Source: an uncultured Clostridia bacterium
GTDB taxonomy: Bacteria; Acidobacteriota; Aminicenantia; UBA2199
Length of the DNA stretch: 29,419 bases
Assembly (NCBI GenBank): GCA_964463405.1
Contig: CAYXCX010000001.1
Coordinates: forward strand, 1 to 29,419
Direction: 5' to 3'
Part shown: piece after piece, positions 23,983 to 29,419 of the stretch
Layout of the letters: the number at the start of each line of letters is the position of its first letter
How positions within the stretch are numbered: the first letter of the stretch is position 1
Notes under the pieces: model-generated
The model's database searches: none
The model's input: only the letters and a program-made list of their open reading frames with translations
Told to the model about the DNA's origin: nothing
Position numbers and translations under genes: made by a program

Positions 23983-25101
23983 TCACGTCACCACCCGGGG
24001 AATCAGGGGGTTGATGCGCGACAACACTTCATAATTGATGGTCCCGGCCCATTCGGCCAGCATGTCCGCGTCGATCCGCTCCTGGCCCTCGTTCCCCAGC
24101 AGGGTAACCGGGTCTCCGGCCTTCACTCCGGGCACGTGGCTGACGTCAGCCATGAACATGTCCATGCAGACCCTGCCGCGCACCGGCGCCTTGACGCCGT
24201 GGACCAGGATTTGGGAGGCGTTGGACAGCTTGCGGTCGTAGCCGTCGTAATAGCCCACCGGGATCACGACGATCCTGGACTTGGCGAAGGCCTTGTAGGT
24301 CAGGCCATAGCCGATCGCCGCCCCCTTGGCCACGGTCTTGACCTGGGCCACCTTGGCGTGCCAGCTCAGCACCGGCTTCAGGGCGATGCCCTGCTTGTGC
24401 TTTTCCAAGTACAGGGCGTGGGTCTGCCGCGAAGGCCAGTAGCCATAGGCCGATATCCCCACCCGGGCCATGTCGAAATGGGTCTCGGGAAAGAGCAGGG
24501 TCGACGCCGAGCTGGAGAAATGGCGGCAGGCACCGCCCCCCTTCAGCCGCCGTAATAGGCCGCGGAACAGCTTGAGCTGGCCCTGGGCGAAGGCCGGGTC
24601 GGTCGTGTCCTCGATGTTGGCGAAATGGGAATAGACGCCGCAAAGCTCGACCCGCTCCGGGTTCAGCCGCTGCAGCAGGGCGACGGCCCTGCCGGGATCG
24701 ATGCCCAGGCGGTTGGTCCCGGTCTCGATCTTGAGATGGACCCGGGCCCTGCGCCCGACCCGCGTCGCGGCGGCCAGCAGCCAGCGCAGGTGCTCCTCGG
24801 AGGGGACGACCGCCTCGAACCCCCGCCGCAGCAGCTCGTCCAGTTCATCCCGGTCGCTCCAGCCGAGGATCAGCACCGGCTTGTCGGCAACCAGTTCGCG
24901 GACCGCCAGCGCTTCGGCCAGCGAATCGACGGCATAGCGCCCGACAGCGGTTGAGCGGCGGGCGATCTCCACCACCGGGCGCAAGCCGTGGCCGTAGGCG
25001 TTGGCCTTGACCACGAACATCAGCGGCGCCCGGGTCAGGCGCTGGAACTGCCTGAGGTTGTGGAGCAGGTTGGCGGCGTTCAGGGCGACGTGGGTCTTCA
25101 T
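23983..25101 (-). CDS. alr: Alanine racemase
   Basis: VVKANAYGHG (PLP lysine), VHLKIETG.NRLG, YSHFA, RVG...YG, IGYG.TY, GYYDG, GRVCMD and GTINYE motifs. Confidence 0.96.
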   Translation of the reverse strand: MKTHVALNAANLLHNLRQFQRLTRAPLMFVVKANAYGHGLRPVVEIARRSTAVGRYAVDSLAEALAVRELVADKPVLILGWSDRDELDELLRRGFEAVVPSEEHLRWLLAAATRVGRRARVHLKIETGTNRLGIDPGRAVALLQRLNPERVELCGVYSHFANIEDTTDPAFAQGQLKLFRGLLRRLKGGGACRHFSSSASTLLFPETHFDMARVGISAYGYWPSRQTHALYLEKHKQGIALKPVLSWHAKVAQVKTVAKGAAIGYGLTYKAFAKSRIVVIPVGYYDGYDRKLSNASQILVHGVKAPVRGRVCMDMFMADVSHVPGVKAGDPVTLLGNEGQERIDADMLAEWAGTINYEVLSRINPLIPRVVT

Positions 25102-25175
25102 GTTCGCGGCGGCGACGGCTGGCTTTTGCGCTTCATTGTGGGCCTCGATTTGATTCCGGCGTTCTTAAGATATTC

Positions 25176-25181
25176 TATAAT
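25176..25181 (+). promoter_or_regulatory. -10 box (TATAAT) upstream of the barrel-PKD operon
   Basis: Perfect TATAAT in a very AT-rich divergent gap; no -35 at canonical spacing (TTGATT is 20 nt upstream). Confidence 0.4.
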
Positions 25182-25227
25182 AAAATTAATAATTGAGATA
25201 CAAGCCGTTGCAAAGCTATTTTCAAGT

Positions 25228-27168
25228 ATGGTATTTTCGGCCCACAGGGAGTTGAACAGGGCAAAAACAACAGCGTGGAGCGCCGTACTCTGTTTGCTGG
25301 CCTTCTCGGCTGCGGCCCAATCGCCGGTGCGGATGAACACCCTGCCCCGCGTCGAGCGCCTGCCCGACCAGGTCGTCATCCGCATCAGCCCGCGGCCCGA
25401 GCACGGGGCCTATTTCCTCCACTACCGCACCGAGGGCATGACCGGCTACCAGGTGCGCAAGATGCAGCAAGAGGCCTCGGGGGCGTTCAGCTGCCGCATC
25501 GCCATTGCCAACCTCTACGGCAAGGACATCGAATTTCGCGTGGTCGAAAAGAAGGGTTCCGGAGAAGCCGCCGTTTCGCTCAGCCACACGGTGGCCGGCT
25601 TTACCCGCCAGGAGTCGCCGGAGATCTATTTCCAGGAGGCCGGCGACGCCGCCGCCCCCGCGCGCCGCTGGCAGCCGCCGCTGAACGTCAACGCCTCGCT
25701 GTCGACGGCGACCAAGCTGGACGAGAACAACGACAGCGGCTATTACCAGCAGAACTACACGGCCAACGGCAACCTGCGCATCTACAAGAACATCGCCAAG
25801 AATGACACCCAGATCGATTTCGACACCAACTTCAACCACCTGGACCCCTGGAACGAAGAGACCGAGAACCGCGTCAACCTGTCCAGCATGATGGTGCGCT
25901 TCAAAAAGGGCGCCATGCAGATCGAGGCGGGCGACGTGGCGGTCAACGCCACCGAGTTCACCACTTCCTACCTGAACCGCCGCGGCTTGCGCTTCGAATA
26001 CGCCGGCAAGAGCCTGTACTTGAACTCCTTCTACACGAATTCCCAGCAGAAGACCGGCTTTGACGGCTACGGCATCCCCGATTCCAAGGCCGGCATCTTC
26101 GGCGCCGTGGCCGGATTCAACCTGAAGAACACCCTGACGGTGCGCGGCCTGGTCATGACCGGCCGCGACAACCTGGTCAGCAAGACCGTCTACAGCGCCG
26201 ACGAGTACCGCAAGGGCAGCATGTTCTCCCTCTGGAGCGAACTGAGCCTGCTGCGCAACAGCCTGCAGGTCACCGGCGAGATTTCCTCCAGCACCTACGG
26301 CGCCGCCGCCAGCCAGGAGGAGATCGAGACGGCCAACGACACCGCCTGGAAGGCGGGGCTGCGCTTCCAGCGCGGCATCCTCTCCTTCTCCGCCGACTAC
26401 GAGGATATCGGCGACCACTTCCAGTCGATCGCCAACCTCTTCCTGCAGAACGACCGCGAAGGCCTCAGCACCAACCTGGGGCTCAGCATCAAGTCCTTCT
26501 CCTGGAACCTCAGCTATGTCGACAAGAAGAACTACATGAACAACCCGCTGCAGGACATGCTGCACCAGCGCCGGGCCGGCACCACGCTGAACTGGGGCCT
26601 GGGCCGCCACTTCCGCGTCGGCGCCGACGTGTCCCGCGACAACCTCGACTACGACTCCTCGACCGGGCTGCAGACGTCAACCTCGGACATGAACACCTAC
26701 AATTACAGCGCCTCGCTGGGCTACATGGCCGGAGCGACCGGCGTCAATCTCAACGTGGGCCGGACCGAATCGGTGAATTTCAGCTCCAACCTCACCGCCT
26801 CGCTCTCGCTGAACCTGCGCTTCGGCAAAGTGGTCACCCTGAACCCAACGCTCAGCTTCCAAGAGAATGAAGCCTTAAGCGACGGCAGCAAATCGACCGT
26901 GTACAACGCCTTCGTCAGCTCCGAGATCACCTTCATCCCCCAGTACCTCACCCTGACCGTCTCCTCCTCCTACATGAGCAACGAAGGCGCCTTGAGCAAG
27001 AGCGCCAGCTGGACGGCGGGCTGCAACCTGAACTTTTTCGCCGCCAAGCTCTTCAAGGACAAGGTCCGTCCCTCGCTCTCCCTTAAATCGATGTTCCAGG
27101 GGGCCAAAACCGGGGACATCAAAACCGATTCGTCCATCTTTCATCTCCAGGCAGATATCGCTTTCTAA
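25228..27168 (+). CDS. Predicted large outer-membrane beta-barrel protein with an N-terminal soluble domain, function unknown
   Basis: Signal peptide ending AAA-Q; about 100-aa soluble domain; about 500 aa of amphipathic strands rich in N/S/T/Y/G; C-terminal beta-signal-like FHLQADIAF. Start uncertain (ATG 25228 or TTG 25252). Confidence 0.75.
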   Translation: MVFSAHRELNRAKTTAWSAVLCLLAFSAAAQSPVRMNTLPRVERLPDQVVIRISPRPEHGAYFLHYRTEGMTGYQVRKMQQEASGAFSCRIAIANLYGKDIEFRVVEKKGSGEAAVSLSHTVAGFTRQESPEIYFQEAGDAAAPARRWQPPLNVNASLSTATKLDENNDSGYYQQNYTANGNLRIYKNIAKNDTQIDFDTNFNHLDPWNEETENRVNLSSMMVRFKKGAMQIEAGDVAVNATEFTTSYLNRRGLRFEYAGKSLYLNSFYTNSQQKTGFDGYGIPDSKAGIFGAVAGFNLKNTLTVRGLVMTGRDNLVSKTVYSADEYRKGSMFSLWSELSLLRNSLQVTGEISSSTYGAAASQEEIETANDTAWKAGLRFQRGILSFSADYEDIGDHFQSIANLFLQNDREGLSTNLGLSIKSFSWNLSYVDKKNYMNNPLQDMLHQRRAGTTLNWGLGRHFRVGADVSRDNLDYDSSTGLQTSTSDMNTYNYSASLGYMAGATGVNLNVGRTESVNFSSNLTASLSLNLRFGKVVTLNPTLSFQENEALSDGSKSTVYNAFVSSEITFIPQYLTLTVSSSYMSNEGALSKSASWTAGCNLNFFAAKLFKDKVRPSLSLKSMFQGAKTGDIKTDSSIFHLQADIAF

Positions 27169-27180
27169 ATGAGGATGAAC

Positions 27181-29238
27181 ATGAAAAAAATCACATGTCT
27201 TCTCATGATTTTAATGGGGCCGGCCGCATTCCTCGCGGCCATCACCATAACTCCATCATCGGCAACGATCAATGTTGCCGGACAGATCACCGCCACGCTT
27301 TCCTGCGTGTACGGCCTTTCCGGCACCATGGACTGGGGCGACGGCAGCGCCCTTTGGAGCGGACTCGATTCCTCATTCAATTATCCGACCCCTCAAACCC
27401 ACACCTACCGAAACCCCGGCACATTCACCCTGCATTTCCATCGCCTTTCTATTTCCGGCTGCCCGCAGGACGAGTACGCGACGCTAAGGGTGCTGGAGAA
27501 CCGGAGCGTGAGCGTGTCGCCGCTGAGCCCCTCCGTGGGGCAGACGGCGACGTTCACGGCGGTCAACTTCCAGACCCCGGACAACATCACCTGGAACATG
27601 GGCGACAACACGGTATACGCCAACCGCGGCACGACGATCACCCACACCTTCGCCAAGAGCGGCCAGTACCTGGTACGGGCCTTCGACTGGAACGGCAACA
27701 CCAAGACGACGCCGGTCAGCCTGACCGTGACCGTCAATGATGCGCAGCCCATGATCCTCTATTCGCCGGCCGCGCCGCGCGTCGATCAGGAGGTCGCCAT
27801 CCAGGCGCTGAACATGAACAGCGACTCGGTCAAGTGGAATTTCGGCGACGGCTCCCAGCCCCAGGTCCTTTCGCCGGCGGTCGCCCATCGCTACCAGAAG
27901 GAGGGGACGTTCACCATCACCGCCCGCGCCGGCGAGCAGCCAACCGTGTCCCGGCCGATCACCATCCTCCCCGAGAACCGTTCGCTGGCGGTCTCTGCCA
28001 GCGAGGCCAGGGCCGACGAGCCCGTGACCGTGACCGCCGTCAACTTCCGCGGCCCCCAGGTGCTGTGGGACTTCGGCGACGGCAGCACGGCGGCCACCGC
28101 TCCGGCCGCCACGGCCGCCGCGCGCATCGGCGCCTTTCCCGGCCCGTTCTCCGTCAGCCACGCCTACAAGATCCCCGGCACCTACACCGTCACCGCCCGC
28201 GACGAGAACGGCGCCAGCGCCAAGAGGTTCACGGTTCCCGTGCGCATCCTGGGCATCAGCGACCAGGTGAACCTGGAGCTGGCGGAGCTCACCCTGGACA
28301 ACGGCAAGTACTACAAGGTCGTGCCCAGGAATTCCAAGTCCATCCGCGCCCGGCTGCGGATGAAAATGCGCGGCACCGGAATCGTCTCGGGCTACTGGAT
28401 CGTGAACGGCCATCCCGCATATTTCTTCAGCGAGACCGTCTACCAGGGGCAGATCAAGGCCATCCTCACCCCCGAGGTTCCCGGACTGCCGGCGTTCGAC
28501 CCCGGCTTGAACACCATCACCGTGCAGCTGACCAGGCCGGCGAACGGGGGGGCGGTCTTCCCCACCCTGCGCTATTACGTCCTGCCCTACGAGAACGTGA
28601 TCGCCGTTCTTGCCCCCAAGGACGGCGCCATCCTCAAGGAGGACGAAGAGGCGGTCTTCTCCTGGGAGCGGGCCCTGGGCGGGTCGCGCTACCAGATCGC
28701 CTTCGCCGCCCTGTTCCCGCTGCTGCGCAACGAGGAAGGCGTCGCCTGGCGCGAGTGCCCCGAAAGCCTCCGCTACACGGCCGATGCCGAAACCTGGGCG
28801 GCGATCCCGCGCAACAGCTGGACCTACTGGAAAGTGCGGGCCCTCGACGGCGCCGGCAACACCGTGGCCGAAAGCGAGGTGCAGGAGATGAAAGTGATCG
28901 TCCCCGGCGCCCAGGTGGGCATCGAGAAGATCACCGACTTGGACGGCCGGCCGGCCGCGGTCGGCCCCGGCTATGCCGCGGCCCGGGCAGAGCGATTGCT
29001 GGTCCACGGCCTCCTCACCTATCCGGCCGAGGCCGAATACCTGGTCCTGCGCGTCTATGCCGGCGGGGAGCTGATCGACCAGCTCCTGTTCCGCGACGTG
29101 GCCCGCGGCGTGCCGCGGCCGTTCGAAACGTCGGTGCCCAACCCGGGCGGCGAGACGCTGGTGACCTTCCAGGTGCTGAAATCCTCCTCGCCGTCGGTCC
29201 TGGTCGGGTACCAAGAGCTGCGGCTGAAAAAGGACTGA
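27181..29238 (+). CDS. Secreted multi-PKD/Ig-like domain protein
   Basis: Signal peptide MKKITCLL...AFLA; four PKD cores (WGDGS near 27331, WNMGDN near 27592, WNFGDGS near 27835, WDFGDGS near 28066), each followed by an H.Y/F...G.Y/F motif; FN3-like YWKVRALDGAG. Alternative starts at 27169 and 27175. Confidence 0.85.
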   Translation: MKKITCLLMILMGPAAFLAAITITPSSATINVAGQITATLSCVYGLSGTMDWGDGSALWSGLDSSFNYPTPQTHTYRNPGTFTLHFHRLSISGCPQDEYATLRVLENRSVSVSPLSPSVGQTATFTAVNFQTPDNITWNMGDNTVYANRGTTITHTFAKSGQYLVRAFDWNGNTKTTPVSLTVTVNDAQPMILYSPAAPRVDQEVAIQALNMNSDSVKWNFGDGSQPQVLSPAVAHRYQKEGTFTITARAGEQPTVSRPITILPENRSLAVSASEARADEPVTVTAVNFRGPQVLWDFGDGSTAATAPAATAAARIGAFPGPFSVSHAYKIPGTYTVTARDENGASAKRFTVPVRILGISDQVNLELAELTLDNGKYYKVVPRNSKSIRARLRMKMRGTGIVSGYWIVNGHPAYFFSETVYQGQIKAILTPEVPGLPAFDPGLNTITVQLTRPANGGAVFPTLRYYVLPYENVIAVLAPKDGAILKEDEEAVFSWERALGGSRYQIAFAALFPLLRNEEGVAWRECPESLRYTADAETWAAIPRNSWTYWKVRALDGAGNTVAESEVQEMKVIVPGAQVGIEKITDLDGRPAAVGPGYAAARAERLLVHGLLTYPAEAEYLVLRVYAGGELIDQLLFRDVARGVPRPFETSVPNPGGETLVTFQVLKSSSPSVLVGYQELRLKKD

Positions 29239-29242
29239 GCGG

Positions 29243-29419
29243 TCAGGCCGTCCGCTTCAGCTGCCCCAGGAGCAGGAACAGGAAGAACGGCGCACCCAGC
29301 AGCGACGTGACGATGCCCACCGGAATCTCCAGCGGCGGCAGGAGCGAGCGGGCCAGGAAATCGGCCGCGACCAGCAGCCCGCCGCCGAGCAGCGTCGTGA
29401 AGGCGACCGTCGGCCGGTA
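29243..29419 (-). CDS. FecCD/BtuC-family iron-siderophore/cobalamin ABC permease, 3' end only
   Basis: My translation of the minus strand is [58 protein letters not shown], the canonical AD..AR...P.E.PVG.VT.L.GAPFF terminus. Absent from the ORF track. Confidence 0.9.
   Translation of the reverse strand, partial: YRPTVAFTTLLGGGLLVAADFLARSLLPPLEIPVGIVTSLLGAPFFLFLLLGQLKRTA

Noticed and set aside
24988-25227. 80-aa N-terminal extension of the barrel ORF
   Set aside because: It overlaps alr antisense and crosses the AT-rich promoter; the signal peptide begins after 25228.
9196-27189. Identical 15-mer ATGAACATGAAAAAA at the starts of tatP (9196) and the PKD gene (27175)
   Set aside because: Explained by common M-N-M-K-K signal-peptide starts with A-rich initiation regions; there is no further similarity.
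76-29214. Numerous long alternative-frame and antisense ORFs (e.g. 2480..4177, 10040..12079, 10257..11843, 14577..15854, 27484..29214)
   Set aside because: These are Arg/Gly/Ala/Pro-rich shadow ORFs expected from high GC3 codon bias. They overlap well-supported genes and carry no recognisable motifs.

Overview
A GC-rich window of a diderm bacterial chromosome (Lnt, a lipoprotein and a predicted outer-membrane beta-barrel are present). The ECF-sigma/ZAS/LiaF-TM/DUF4097 operon and the DUF4388-J-TPR protein suggest Acidobacteriota (possibly Aminicenantia) or a Deltaproteobacteria-like lineage; this is inference only. About 29 tightly packed genes, in order: truncated lpdA; nfeD-SPFH-SPOR-lnt (+); nadA-nfu-family 5 solute-binding protein (-); a complete TPAT-type TRAP transporter, tatT-tatP-dctQM (+); an orphan bitopic protein (-) bracketed by AT-rich hexamer-array repeats; glgA-trxA-trxB-amrS (-); a DUF4388-J-TPR protein, a YhcC-like radical SAM, a single-domain receiver and a CDP-alcohol phosphatidyltransferase (-); an ECF sigma/anti-sigma envelope-stress operon (-); alr (-); an unannotated large beta-barrel plus a secreted multi-PKD/Ig protein (+); and the 3' end of a FecCD/BtuC permease (-). 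I recognised no rRNA, tRNA, CRISPR array, transposase or integrase. The best candidates for undescribed biology are (1) the barrel + PKD pair as a possible dedicated export or surface-display module, (2) a REP-like family of (W/G)TAGTG-array elements that forms a hairpin and an inverted pair around the orphan gene, and (3) glycogen synthase translationally coupled to an atypical thioredoxin system and AmrS. Family assignments come from motif recognition by eye; no database searches were run.
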